This document shows, in pieces, positions 25,111 through 39,774 of a DNA stretch of 64,000 nt. A program made the translations under genes and the position numbers. The stretch comes from Epiperipatus broadwayi (Eukaryota; Animalia; Onychophora). Each line of letters opens with the position of its first letter. Positions within the stretch are counted from its first letter, which is position 1. The DNA lies in assembly GCA_028023455.1 (NCBI GenBank), contig JAQFVV010000004.1:682001-746000 (forward strand), written 5' to 3'. Below the pieces are notes generated by a model. It had not been told where the DNA came from and made no database searches. It saw only the letters and a program-made list of their open reading frames with translations.

Positions 25111-28100
25111 GTTAACTAACAACTATCAGACAATATTGATTGTTCAGCGAAAGATAGCTTCCAGTAAAAGAAAAAGCTCACCAATTAGTTCATATCAATA
25201 TGATCATTTTAATCATGGCAACCAATGCAGTATCATATTAAATACATTACACACTGGACAAATGAAGCACTTTGAATCATACAGGCTTGCAGTAACATGA
25301 TGGTCATGTGAAGCCATTGTATTATGTGACATAAATAAGTCATGAGATAGTCATATAAATCTATAAATTACATCTTTTTCTGAAATTTGGAGTTTAAATT
25401 ATTTTAAAATAATACAATTTTCAAAACACAATGTAGACAATTATACTAAAAATATTCATTTTTTTTAATTTTCTAAGAAACTATCAATATTATATATTAG
25501 CTGTTGATAGTTTTTATGAATCTTATATTACTCTGTATTATACTACATATAATAAATTCAGTGATCCTTATTTTGAATTATAATCTACTGTGTACTTTTT
25601 TTAATAATGTGATATTTTACAATATTAAGTAAACAATAGTGTATTAAAAATAATTTAAAACATTAAGGGGGGATCTATTATAACTTAAAAATCAAATTTA
25701 TTATTTCTAGTATCTATTGACTTTAAATGTATACTTTATATTACCTTAATATATATTTAATAATAAATCTTAAATGATAATTATTTTATTCATTTTTGCA
25801 TTTTAATTTTTTATTTCTAAAGTGCATTTGTAATAATAAAGTTGTATCTTATCTTATATCTGATAAGCTTCCTATTTTAACATAGTTTAATGCTATATAT
25901 ACCTTAGCACAATAGAATTGGATATTAGTGTTAATTAAATAAAGTGTCCTAAATGGAAGCTCAACCTGTTACTTCTTTTACATAAATATTATGTAACCTC
26001 CAGAAGAACTGATTATTCTGACTGTTTATTTTAATATTATTTGTATTTAATTCCCCCCCCCACCAATGCTATGACATATAAAAAAAATTATGCAATCATT
26101 TGAAATGTTCCTTTTTATTTACGTAACAATAAATCAATAATAAATAAAATTATAAATAACATTATTTGGAAAAAGTTACAGTAAATATATAAATGATAAA
26201 TATATACACAAATAAATACTAAGCATATTAGAAAAATATATTTATCATGATTACTCTGACAAAAAAGAAATGATAGAACTATAAAATGAAATGTAAACAA
26301 TATTTCTAATTAGATTTAAAAAGCCAAGCTATATAGGAGAAACCAAAAAAAAAATTAGATTCAAACATAGAAATCAGTAATTTATAAACATATAATAAAA
26401 AATACCTGCATGCAATAATATATATATAAAATAAAAAGAATGGGGGGAGGAAAGAAAGGAAGTTTTAATAATTTAAAAAAAACAAGACATGACATGAATG
26501 AGCATAAAAGAATTATTTGATGTAATCTTGAAATTAATATCAAGAATAATAAAAATAGTAATATAAATACATGCTACATATTTTTATCATTCATCTACAG
26601 GAATATATATTCAATTCATATTTTTATTATGATTATGTAAATCAATATTTGAATCATGGATGATTATCATCATTATTAGCACCACCATAGGTACCCATTT
26701 AACTCATTACAGGAATTGTTTTCATTATTCCTTCATCAATTCTCATTACCTAACATTCAATTATATAAATGTGTGCTTGTGTATATATATTAACTTTGCC
26801 TAAAATTTCAGTATAATATATATATATTATAATAAATAATAATAAAAATTATATGCAATAGCTATTTAAATATATAATTATATATAAAAGGCATTTTTCA
26901 GGACATTGTTTCATGCCTTTGTCAAATATTAAGCATATACTAAAAAGGTTTTTTATGTAAAATTATTAATAAGATATGTATTTATATAGCTGTTGTATAT
27001 GATTTATTTATTATAATTCATAGGGGAAAAAATGCATAATGCATTGATTTCCATTTTTGGTAATATATATTGTAACCTTATGGTTGGGCTCGATGTTTGT
27101 CATCCCTATTTAAATGGTCAATTGTATAAAATTTTAATTAATAATAATTAAATATATTATTAAATATATTAAATAGGTATATTATATCAGTGGTGTGTTA
27201 TCATGGTTGCTAAATTACATAAAAATAAATAAATTTCATTAATAAATCTCCTGACAGTGATAAAGAATTGGACTGTTCAAGATGTGTGCTAGGCCCTCTG
27301 CCAGATTGTGAATGAGACTTTTTATATGCAGTCTGTCAGATGGACTAATTTCAATAGTTTTGGAAGAATAATTTATTAATGTTATGATTAAATTAAAAGC
27401 TAAAAGCATTGAAATATTTTGGTATTTTGTTATTATTAAATAATAGTCAAGAAGACTTAAAATTGTAGTTATTCTAAATTATTTTTTATAGTTAATTATA
27501 AAGCATATTTTATTGCAATTTAAAATAGTTTTGAACAGCTTAATTAGTTAGCACTTATGCTTATAGATGGAGAATTATTAATTGTATATTAACCGTATGC
27601 ACATGTAACAATTCAATTGATCTGTTTATTTGTACAATCATCCTCTCTGATGAAAGTTAATAAATAGACTAACATAGATTTTTAAAAAGAGGGAAACTGG
27701 AGACCAGAATGGAAGAACTGAATTAAGAACTGAAAATTAAGGGGAAACTGGAAATTATTAAAAGTAAAATTGAATTTAAATTGAATTAAAAATGGAATTG
27801 AATTGGATTTTAACTTTAAGTAATGGAGTAGGAACTCCATTTGACCTATACACATGAAACACATCACAACTATCAATTGATAATCATCATAGTTCACGTT
27901 TAAAATTTGTAGACATATCAGAGAAAAAGCCCATCAAAATGGAATTCAAATTTAAACACAGAAGTTCGAAAGCTTGAAATTTTACTCTCTATTTTATAAC
28001 TGTTTTAATTATTATATTTATTGTGTGCATTATAAAAGTAATTATGACTTATTTGGGATAGCAAGAAGAAAGAAAAGATAATTATTTTGTACTTTCGATC

Positions 28101-31100
28101 AGAATAAATTCAAAGTAGTAGAACAATGATAGGAGACACTTAATGTCTTTTATTGCAATTTTGATTTTATAAGGCACTTGTGACATGTTTAAACTAATGT
28201 GAAATGTTATATTAAAGCTAATTCCAACTTTCACAATTTTATTATGCTATATTAATTTCATTACGTGAAGAAAATATTTTTTTTTTAAAAATGTTATATT
28301 GCAATTAAATAAAAGCACAGCAATAGCACCTAATAAAATAATATAAATGAAGACTACATTATAAAAGTTTACAAAATATTTACTAAGACTTTTAATATGA
28401 AGTATTTTCAACATGGCCTTAAAACACGTTAGGGCAAAAATGTCATCTTGTAACTTCCTGTAACAAGTGAAATTAATATGTTTATTAAATTGAGTTGCAG
28501 AATCTCACTAAAAGTGATCAAATGTAAACTTAAATTGATATTTTAAATAATTTGTGTTAATCATATTGTGGATCAGATTTGTAATGTGTTAATTATTGAA
28601 TACTGCCATTAGTCATACGTGATGGAAATAAGAATCAATGTTTATTTCCATTTTTTTTTCTTAATTTCCAGAATAGCAAAGTATTGAATTTAACAGATGA
28701 AAACTACAATTGTTTATAGATCTAGCAATGTACTATAATTACAATTTAAACTAACAAACAAATAAGAAATATACTCATGTGAAAAGTATATTTATCAATC
28801 ATATAATGCTGCAGATTTTAAATGGTTGCAATCAAGATTTCGTTCTCTTAGTTTCACAAGAAGAAATGTGAAACAAGAAGTTTATGTAGTGATCGTTGAT
28901 TATTATTAATATTATATATATATGTATTGTCTTGTAATATTCTATACATTATTATTACAGATATAAAAAAACCGGTTTGTGTAAAAAAAAAAAAAAATTA
29001 AATTTGTGATAAATATAAATTTGATCAAATATATATATAAAAAAGTAAAGTAATCTTATTTATTATAAATTTTGTTCATATTTAAAATATGGACACAGGT
29101 AAGAAGGTTAAAAATTCTCACAATAAATTATCACAATTTTTTCTTAATATTTTTCTTTCTAATTGATAAAAGCTACAATCATTGAATAATAATAATAAAT
29201 GGGTAGCATTCAACTTTGGTTAATTTAAGTGCATTAAACATGGTATTTGATATGTGTAATACTTAACTAATTAATATTTAATGATGACTATAGTTACAGG
29301 TCATTCTTGAATTGATAATGATAGTTATAATTTTTTTGTGTCAAATAGTAATATATTCCATTTTGCTTAGTGTCTTTATATATTCATGGTAAGTGATTTT
29401 AGCATGAGATTTGTCTGTTATCATGTTGAATAATTATAATAAGTGTATAATATTTTGAATATGTAGTAGATCCATGTTGGATCACATCAGGTGTACTTAC
29501 TCTTTTACCCTGAGTAATGATATAAATAACCATTGTGTGTGAATCATGAATGATTCCCATGAAACTTTGAGCATATTAAGGCCATACTTTTGTAGTGTAT
29601 TGATCTAGTTATTAAATAAAGAATTGATTGTCCCTTCCATTGTCTCATATTTCTAAAGGTGATTCAGAAGCAAAACCAGGATTTCAAAGTATGTGTTGGT
29701 ATAGTTATTTCATACAAGGGATTGACTGGCCCTTCCTTTTATATCCCTAAAGGTGCTCCGGAATTGTCACCGGGATTACAGACCATTTGTAGTCACAAGA
29801 TAACTGTGGTCTAGTTTGTTGTTTGTTCTCTTTGCCTTAGCTCAACCCTATTACATCTCTGGATATATCATATGTTTTATTATGTTCCATATTTCTAAAT
29901 TCTAATAGTTTAGTATTGATAACAGCAGAATCGTTTCTGAAATATAGTATTTGAAAATGTAGATTGTACTTAGAATTGAGCAAAATGATGCTAAACTGTA
30001 ATATTAGTTAAAAGTTATTTTATGTAGTAGATTGTTATTTAGTACCTATCCATTCGAGATGATTCCATCTATACCATTAAGCTATGTTATTTATCATTTG
30101 TATTCAATTTGTTTTAGAGTGTTGATATTTTTCTTTAATGTTAAAAGAGTCATGTAATATAAAATTTAATAATTGAAAGGTATAATAATAATAGTATTAA
30201 TTCTTAAAGCAGTGTTGGTTTTTTAATAGCCTAAATAAATGGATTAAAATAAGAAGTCAATAGTTTTTAATAACTTATAATAGCATAAATTGTTATATCT
30301 TAAATATATTCATTGTGTTATCTTGTATAATAATATTAGTAGATTATTAACCATTGAACAGGAATTTTGAAATACATTGCCTCTGCCTAGTTGAAGTGAA
30401 TAAGTTCTTAAAATCATGCTGTTAACAAATAGGTAAAATATAAAATGTATTATAAGTCAAAATAAACTCAGTGTAAGTAATAGACTTAAATAATAATTAA
30501 TCAAAGATAGTAATCGATTAAAATAGTAAATAGATCCTAAGAGATCTTCCCTTAGTAATATGATGATGTAATAAAACCTTGTTCTGTATAGATTTCTGTT
30601 CACAATTGTTCATGATTGTATATATTTCTTTATTGTTATTATTTTACAACTTGTAAATAATGTAAATAAATTTTGTTTGAAAATATATTTAGTTGCCTGT
30701 GGCCTTATTGCTAAACACTGTTCATACTGTTATTGCTATTGTTATCAACATATTTGATTGTCATAAAAATAATCATCAGTTAATATAATAAATTTTATTA
30801 TGCATTAGTATATCACAATAAGTTTTGCTAAGCTCTTACATTTAAGACATATGAAGTTTTATTGCTTATTGATCAAAACACTGTTGATCTTAAGCACATG
30901 TATTATTTTTAAATAATGTTTTAAAGATGAAATATTCAGTTTAGGAATAACATGTTTACCTAAATCATTAGATACATCATTCACTGATCTTGGTCATATT
31001 GTCCATGGTCATCAAATAAAAGATAGTTTGTAGATTATTATATTTACTTTATTAAAAAATTATTAATACTGTACTTCATAAAATTTAAAGTTCATATTAT

Positions 31101-32129
31101 TGTTAGTATTGGAATTGCCAAATGTTCTTTATTAATTTCATTTTTGTTTTATGAGCTATCTTTTAGCTTTGCTTGCTATATTTAGGTAGTGGTAAAATCT
31201 CTTTCACTGATCCAAATTTATATTTACTCATATTCATGCTAGCCAAGTCTTACTCCTTTGGATTTTATCATGTTCGGGCTGAGCCGAGATTGTTTTGAGA
31301 TAGTAATATATTTTATTTTAATATTATTCTCATGTATGCATATATGTAGATGGTTACAATATATATATATATATATTAAAATGAAATCAAAATAAGAAAA
31401 TGAAAAGTATAGATTACTGCTTGAAATATAGCATTGCTGTGATATATATATATATATAACTCTAATTTACAAGTATAACACTACTTGACCGAACTCATTT
31501 TCATGATATTCTATCTAATCAATATTAAAGAATATTTACTAATCATTTTAAGGCTATAAATTATTGTCTATTTTTTAACCCAGATATAAATTTAAAGTCT
31601 GTTAAAGATTAATATATCAAGTACTAAATCTCAGCAAGAATATTATTTGTCTCTTTTTCTTGATCAAGTATGGTATGTTCAACATATAATAAAACTTATG
31701 AAACATGATTAGATATACGTATCTAAGATATATGAAATCATATTTAAATATATACGATAAAGCAGTTAATAAAACTGTAAATAAGCTTAATATATAGTCA
31801 CTCATAGTAAGGAGTTTTCGCAAACTGAAAGGAGACTTTGATTGTTGTTGAGAATTTAAAGGAACCAATTAGCACAAGTTTCTCATGTCGAATCCATATG
31901 TTCTTGTCATTACAGCTGTTATTTATGTGATTATTCATATAATAAATGAATATAAGAGGGAGTAGAAGATTCTCATTTACAAGCATGCATCACTGGCATA
32001 GTGATTTTAGTGGCATTTTATCTTTGAGTTTAAATGAAGAAACACCTGATCTTTCTTCTTAGTTGCCTGATAGTTCTTAACTGAAATGAATTGTATCTTA
32101 TTTTTTTAAAATAGATATTTACAATCATG

Positions 32130-34925
32130 TCAGACAAAACTTAAATTATGGTCCCAAGATGCTATGAAGCTGCAATCAAAACCGCAGTTGGCAACCTAAG
32201 ACAGAAGATGGTAAGAATCTTCTGACTATGTAATCAGGCTAGCATTTGATGATGATATTTTATTTAGATAACTACACCTGCAGATTATTTTCTAAAGAAG
32301 GCAGATTGCATGAATTGGAAAACTGTATTATTAAATGGGACATTGATGTTGGAATTCTTGATTTTAGAAAAAAGTTTACAGATAATTGATTTAAAAAATG
32401 GATTTATATTTTACTACAAAGACACAAATATTGGAATCATATGTGCAGTGGGATTCATTATAAATAAAAAATTGAAGAAAATTGATGGTATATCAGACAG
32501 AAATGCAGTTATTTCAGCAGATTTTTGCCCTAATAAGTTATATGGATGTATAAAATGCTTTTGGTCAGATTAAACTACATTTTGAAGTTGTCATAGGATG
32601 CTTTAATACTAGAACTGGTAAAAGATGAAAGTGCTATGAATAAATTTGTTTATGATGATAGACATGAGAAAAACTTTATACTATGAATTCTTTTTTTGAG
32701 AAAAATGTTATGTGGTCACAATTACATGGAATCATCCAAATGAAGGTAGAACAGAATTGGATTATATTTTGACTAACAGAAAATATATTATTTCAAGATT
32801 GTAATGTTCTTAATAGATTTAACTTAGAAAGTGATCATGATTAGTGAAATGTAAGATATGATTGCTAAATATGAGAAAAAAAAACTATTAACAAAAATAA
32901 TATTCACAATTGATATTTCTAACTTTTAGAAACATTCCCTTAAATTTAAATTAGAATTTGTAAATCAATTTAAAATATTAACAGATTTTGAAGATGATTT
33001 AAGATTTGAATGAAATCAATAGGAAGATAATTGATACACTGTTAAGGACTGCATCAAAGATAGCTAATATAAAAAAATAGCAATTAACCTGCAAATTTCC
33101 TATTGAAACAAAACAATTTATGAAAAAAAAAGACATGAAAATGTATAAAAATGATCCATTAATAAGAACTGAAAATCTAGAGTTTTGCAAAATGATATGA
33201 AAAATAGATAATAATAGTAATATAAGAAAATATAATTATGAATTAATGAAGAAATCTATAGCGGAGAAAAGTTTCAAAAGTGTGAAACAACATTTTGTAT
33301 TGGTAGGAAACATTTCCACGGTAAGAAGAAAAGATGCAATTATTACCATAAAGAGAAATTACATCAAAAAATGTGTGAAAGATTCTGTAAAGAATAAAGA
33401 CCAATAAAAAATATCCCCTAAAATTTCTCCATCTTCTGAAAAGAAATAATGATGGAATTATAATCAATATCTTAAAAGAAGCAGGTAAAGAAATAGAAAA
33501 ATTGTTGACAGTTTTATTTCAAATGTCTAAATGATAAAGATGTGTCAGATAGTTGAAAGCTTGTAGTTGTAATGTTGATATTTATGAAAGATAATAAAGA
33601 AGATATTAAAAATTATTAGTCTTCTATTACACAGAAGGTAAACTCTTCATACAGTAGCGCCATTCAGTGCAAGCCAGAGTATAAAATCCTTTTGCATCCA
33701 TTGATTATTTTGGCTTGTACTGAGTGGCCCTACTGTATGGAGAGTTTAGCCTCTGTGTAAATAGCTTGTATAAACATAAAGAATGGTGACCATGTGATGT
33801 TTAGTGGTTTAATAGTTTTCTGTTTTATATAAAATCATTACCAGGATAATTATAATCCGTCTACAATAACTTTGTATTCTAACTAACTAAAAGAACTAGC
33901 TGGATTTAAAAGTGGCTTTATTACAATGGATTATATCCAAGTATTGAGAGAAGTTATAGAAAGATTCAGTGAATATGGGGTTATTATGCTTCGGATTGGT
34001 AGATTACGAAAAAGCATTTGATTTTCTGAAGAATATTTATTAAACTGCAACAGCAACAGTTAGATTACATAATGATACTAAGAAGATTAACATTAAGGTG
34101 TACAACAGGGTGATTTTATTTTTCCAAAACTTTTATTGCAGTTTATAAGAAGTAACTTTGTGAATTAAAGCTAAGAGATTTAAAGTGAATGAAGATTATT
34201 TAAGTAATGTAGATTTTTTATATGGTGTGATTGATTTTGTGAATAATGTTTCAGAGCTTCAGGAAATATTGCATGAATTGTCAGATGAAAGTCACAAAAT
34301 ATAATTAAAAATAAATGCTAAAAAAGACTAAAGTAATATTCAATGGATTCTCAAAAGAAAAAAAAAAGTAAATTAGAAGAGTTTACTCATATTATTAATA
34401 GTAACGAAATACTGGATGAAATTAATCACAGAATTAAATTTGGATTGAGTGCTTTTGATAGAAATAACATTAATATTAAAAGAAATATGCCTTTGTGTTT
34501 GAAAAGAAAGATTTTAATAGATGTTTTTACAACTTCTTATTTATGGATCTGAGACTTTTGAAGGACAATATAAAGATTCCAGATCACTCGATAAAGTATG
34601 AAGAAATGTATGTTAGGAACAACAAGAAATCAAAAAATGAAATATATGGATAAGAGAACAAATTGATATCATTGATGTTGAAAGAAGAGACTGAAATGGA
34701 GCTGGATTGGGCATATTGTTTGAAGAGGTGATGATAGATAGACACTTGAAATTTTAATTCAAATCCCAAGAAATTTATAAGACCCAGAAAGAGATCACAT
34801 GAAATGGATGCATGAAGTAAGGAAGTTTTCTGGTATATTGTTGAGAAGAGAAGCTAGAAATCAGAATAACTGGATTAAACTTGGAAAGGGATCTTTATCA
34901 TACAGTGGATTGATAATGATTGAAG
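32130..34925 (+). mobile_element. Near full-length, heavily decayed RTE LINE (endonuclease + RT)
   Basis: EGRLHELENCIIKWDI (APE endonuclease start). 33500-34920 is colinear with the reverse complement of 19119-20731 (e.g. GATTACGAAAAAGCATTTGAT, AATATGCCTTTGTGTTTGAAAAGAAAG). Confidence 0.85.
33627..33825. mobile_element. Family B insertion with 50-bp fold-back, inside the RTE copy
   Basis: 33627-33676 is the reverse complement of 33711-33760. It shares GCATCCATTGATTA, CTACTGTATGGAGAG and CATGTGATG with 39775-40090. Confidence 0.7.
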
Positions 34926-35825
34926 ATAATGATCTTTTAAAAGATACTAATTACTGTTTTGATCTGTACTTGAAGTCTCATTCATGTGTTTTTCATAGTA
35001 TAATATCAATCTTGCTCAGTACACAGACATGATGACATTCGATATGCAAATTAGAAAGATATAATGACATGGTAGTTATCAGTACTTCCTTTGCATTGTT
35101 ATGGATTACTCATTTATTTCTAGTTTGATTAGCTGATTTAAAACTATTTTGATTAGACTTATCACTTGATTGAAAGAGACATTGGTGAGTTATTTAAAGT
35201 TGTCTGAACATTTTTCTATCAAATTTCATAGTAGTAATGAAATTACAGTGAAGCTGTGATAAACCCTCAATCAATATATACTATTTCAATTATATGATAT
35301 CCAATATATATATAATAATCTTAAAATTTGTAAATTTAATAAATTTTATGGTATGGCCACAGATATTTTGCTATCTTGGAGTGCTATATGTGATAACATG
35401 AGTTACGTTGAATACACATACATTTTATTCACTGTTTTGATTTGGCATAATATTCACATGATGAAATATTCTCTATACATAAAGCTGAAATTTAATAAAA
35501 TTTGTTATGTTCTTGTAGTGATGAAATATTTAAAATAATAACTATAAAACATTCTTACTATTGTATCAGCTTAAGATAGGGAAAACAGAAATTCTGAAGT
35601 CGATACATACTTAAAAACATCAAAACAATTAAAAAATCTGTTGTCTGTTGATAATGTGATTGCTATTAATGTTTTTGTTAAGGAAAAAAAGTACTGAAGA
35701 AAAATGATATCCAAAACATATTTAATTGGGATAAAACTGATATTAAATTGCTTATTTTATTTAAAAAATAAAGATATAGTATGGTAAATTTTTATTATTT
35801 TTACTTTTTATAAAATATATATAAG

Positions 35826-35891
35826 TGAACACGCACAATTAATATGCAGTGCATGTAATGAACACGCACAATTAATATGCAGTGCATGTAA
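35826..35891. repeat. Perfect 33-bp tandem duplication
   Basis: TGAACACGCACAATTAATATGCAGTGCATGTAA occurs twice. Confidence 0.95.
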
Positions 35892-36959
35892 ATGTGCTTT
35901 CTCAATTTATTATTTTATTTATACTATAATTTGAATTTATATATGCATATTTTTTAGGAAAAATATTGTATGTATGTGTGTGCATGTGTTGAAAAATATT
36001 GTACACTTGCAGTTAAATAATCGTTTATGTATTCTACTGTAATCAAGCTTATCAACAAATCATCAGCTGTTATTTGAGATTTATGTGAGGGGATCTTGGA
36101 ACAAGGTTATGCGATGTTATAGCTCCTTTGTAAAATAATTTTATAGAGAATATATATATAATTGTCATTTTAATGTGTTCATAATGTCCTTTTTTCAAAG
36201 CTTTCTTAAATTATAAGAAAGCATTGCAATTTTTTTATTGTCAAAGTGGATTGGTTGAGAGGTTTTAAGTGATATTTTTTCCTTCAATTTGTTTTTCCAG
36301 ACTGCATTAAATTTCATGCCAGGAATATCCTTTTTCATATGTTGGACATACCAATTGTAGGATTAATTTCAGAAAAGAAATACTCATTTTTGATGTCAAT
36401 GGTAATATAGTTCATTGGCCAATTAGTCAAATATATAACAAATATGATAGTAATTTTAGTAAAGTCACACATACTTTGAATGAAAAATGTGACTTTAACA
36501 ACTCTTTTTGTTTGTTTGTATGTGTATTTGCACATGATAAAATGTGGTTACTTGTTTACTCCAGGATTGACGAAGCATTATTATACTAATAATATCTGTT
36601 TCAGTGTATTGTGTTTTCTTAAATAACTCAATCATCTATCTCTGTGATTGAGTTTGCACTTGTTTTATATTTAGTTTTTTTGCCCCACACATTAAATACC
36701 AATAATCATTTCCTTTTTTTTTTGACTTCAAATCTATTTGTTTTTCATAGTTATTTCTTTTTTCAAGATAAAAGTTTTTTTTTCTTAAGTTTTTTTTTAG
36801 AAATGTTTATTTCCATCATATGAGGTTCTACCATCAAACTAAGGAGAATGAATAAATTGCACTTTAGATGTTCTATATCATTGTCGCAAAAGAAGTCATT
36901 AGCAATCTCTTCAGCAGATAATATATCTGTAAACAGTTTGTTTTCATCTTTGATCGAGG

Positions 36960-37972
36960 AGTTGGTGGAATACCCAAAAAAAATCCTGTCATTCTCTAGT
37001 GGGTGATTGTGTTGTAGTGCATGCTTCTGCCACTACTTGTTTTTTGTAAGGATACCCCTCAATCAATCGGTCAAGTTGTAGTCACGCGTACTAATTTTCT
37101 TTGTTAAGTGTATCTTGCTTATTTGTCATTTTTTGTAATGGGATGAAAAGTTGGGACAATGTGACATTATGTTTTCTATTAGAGAAAACATCATGGGAAA
37201 CAATTGTAATGCTTGAAACAGCTTACAAGCAAATTGCTCTATGAAAACACAAGTTTTTTTTCTTTCTTTTTTTTTCTTCATGTATCATAGCATCGGCCGG
37301 GAAGCGAACTCGCAACAACTGCATGTAAGGCAGTTGTTCTGACCTCTTGACCACCAATGCTTGACAAGTTTATGAGTGGTTTAATGGAAAAGTTCAAATT
37401 TACCATGACCCAAAAAAGTGTGGCAAGTGAAGTCCCATGTCAAGACAATGATGAGTTTTTTAAGACTCAAAAGGACATTGTTCACCCAGAATTCATTGGA
37501 AGTTGTCAGGCATTTTAACCATAAGTTCTGAAACATTTGTGTGATGCAGTAAATTGAAGTTGCCCTAATTTGTGGCAAAGTAGTCAGTGCAAGCTTCACC
37601 TCCACAACACATCAGTGCACAAAGTCTTTAGTGTGAAACAATATTTAATCAAAAACAGCATGATTCAGCTTATCCATCGGCTATATTCACCTGATCTTAC
37701 TCCGTGTAACTTCTTTTTATTCCCCAAATGAAAAAATGCCTAAAAAAAAAAAGCTTTGCTGACTTGGAAGTCGGGAAGTAACAAATGATGGAGGTATTAA
37801 AAGGCATCATTTTGCAAGAATTTCAGGACTGTTTTAAAAATGAAAAACATGGTTAGAACAGTGCACTACATCAAGGACAATACTTTGAAGAAGATTCAAT
37901 TTGTAATACAAAAAATAAATACACAATTTTTTTATTATAAAATTCCTGGGTTTTTTGAGATACTATATTGTA
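36960..37972 (+). mobile_element. Mariner-type DNA transposon relic, internally deleted
   Basis: ETIVMLETAYK...KTQVYEWF, a YSPDLTPCNFFLFP-like segment and QYFEED C-terminus. Imperfect TIRs CCCAAAAAAAATCCTGTCATT / AATTCCTGGGTTTTTTGAGATAC. Confidence 0.85.
37257..37365 (-). mobile_element. tRNA-Gly-derived short SINE (TAC anticodon) nested in the mariner
   Basis: Body at 37289-37360 with an A-rich tail. ACAAGTTT is duplicated at 37249-37256 and 37364-37371. Confidence 0.85.
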
Positions 37973-39774
37973 AAGGATAACTTGTATGATGTTGATACTT
38001 AATTTTTATAGGTTGTTTATAATAATTAAATGGATCTATTAAATTGGCTTCCATTTGATTGGTCACTGTTAGGGATTGGATTGTGTAATTTAGTACTTTG
38101 ATGTATTCCGTGGTTTTCAAATTCAGAAATGTTTGCTAAACTCATAAGAATGCTCATTTATTTATTTTCTGAGGAGTCTTTAAAATTTGGATACTTGATA
38201 GAAAAAGAAATTAATTCATTCTTATCCTACTGACATTGTTTTTAATTTTTTGACCACATTATTATGTAGAAATAAATTTTAGCCATATTAAATGTTGTCA
38301 AAAACTAATACTAGTATATATTTTATCATGCAGATATCAAATACAAATTTAAATATTATAGTTTGCATGTTTTTAACATGTAGATTATTTCCAGCATTGG
38401 GAGTATTGAAAAATTAATCTATTTTGATTAAGTTTTAAATTAATGACCAACAGCTTGAAAAATTGAATTTTTGGATCTATTTAAAGTGGAAATCTAGAAA
38501 AATTTAAATTGGAATTGAGAAATGTAGTCAATTAAAAATAATAAAAGTTTTGGATTCTGTTTTTTAGGAAAAATAGAAACTATAAATTATTTTTGCTGTT
38601 ACTATATAAAATATTTATAAATATATTGCTATTACAGTCATATATTTTGACCATGGCGAGTGATAGTAAAATTGCTGTGAAAGTATTGGCCAAAAATAGG
38701 TGAAAAACAGATTGTTGGAAAAGGATTTTTAAGTAAAATAAAATACTGCATATATTTTCATCTTAGTGCAAATGACAAAATATTTGAAATAGTCAAAATT
38801 TGGGCACAAAGAATGTCAGTTGTAAAATATTGAAATATATCTTAATCTCAAATATAGCTTCATCAAATTAATTTAGATTATGTGTGAGATCTTAAGTTTG
38901 CTAGCCAAAAGTAATAATGATTTTTTTTAGAAAATCCATGAGAATAATGTTAAATTTTTGACTTTGTTAATCCGATGAAGATGAAGAAGCAAGAAAGACT
39001 TGATTTTACTTAGAAAATGTTTGATTACCAAATTGCTTGTCTAATTTTTTAAAAATAGTATTTAATAGTATAGTAAAGCAAGTTATGGATCATTGAAAAT
39101 AAAATGAAAATTTTTTGTAGTTATATGATGAGGATAGTTTTATTTGAAATCATTTAGATATCAAGATATGAATTTTAGTATTATATTAAATGAGAAATTA
39201 TCTACAAAAGATGTGACTTGTATAGATGTTTAAATATAGAATGTAAAGCCATAGATAGATTGCTTCAACTTCCTAATGAATGGGTGGACTCTCTTTTAGG
39301 CAAAAAATAAGGAAAAAGTAAATGCAGTTCCTCAAAACAATACATTTATTGGTGAAGTAATTCTTAATTGCTGTAACTAATTTATAAATACTGTCGGAAT
39401 AAGTTGTTCAATGTAAATTCAAGAGAATCCTAGTTCACAAGATAAAAGCTGATTTGAAATTTATTTACATTATATAATACTTGGTCAACTTTAATTATTT
39501 TGATTATATTTTTGATGCTATCTGTATTGCATAAGCTGCTTTTATTCCTTTTTTAATGAAATGCAGCCAAGGTTGTTGTTAAATTAACTAATTTAGTAGT
39601 GTGGACTTTTTTAAAAATTAACATTCTCCACTAATTATATGATTTGTTTTTCCTATAATTTTTTAAAGTAAAAACTGAGACATTAAAGCTATGGGCTGGT
39701 CATTTCCCTTTTTTGATTGCACTTGTTTGTGCTAATTTAGGAAAAGAGAGTAATGTAGCTTAGAATCTTTTAGC

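Noticed and set aside
27690-27830. GAATT/GAACT-rich run resembling a satellite
   Set aside because: No stable period. Treated as low-complexity sequence.
28670-28910. Possible host exon (NSKVLNLTDENY; SYNAADFKWLQSRF)
   Set aside because: Short frames, weak splice sites and no recognisable family or neighbouring exons.
30690-31200. Possible ISL2EU/Harbinger-type transposase relic on the minus strand
   Set aside because: Only scattered motif-like words across several frames. Needs a profile search.
36050-36955. Possible piggyBac-like relic on the minus strand
   Set aside because: Similarity is too weak by eye and no TTAA/TIR was found.
38630-39200. Possible hAT transposase relic on the plus strand
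   Set aside because: One motif-like stretch (EILSLLAK) only.
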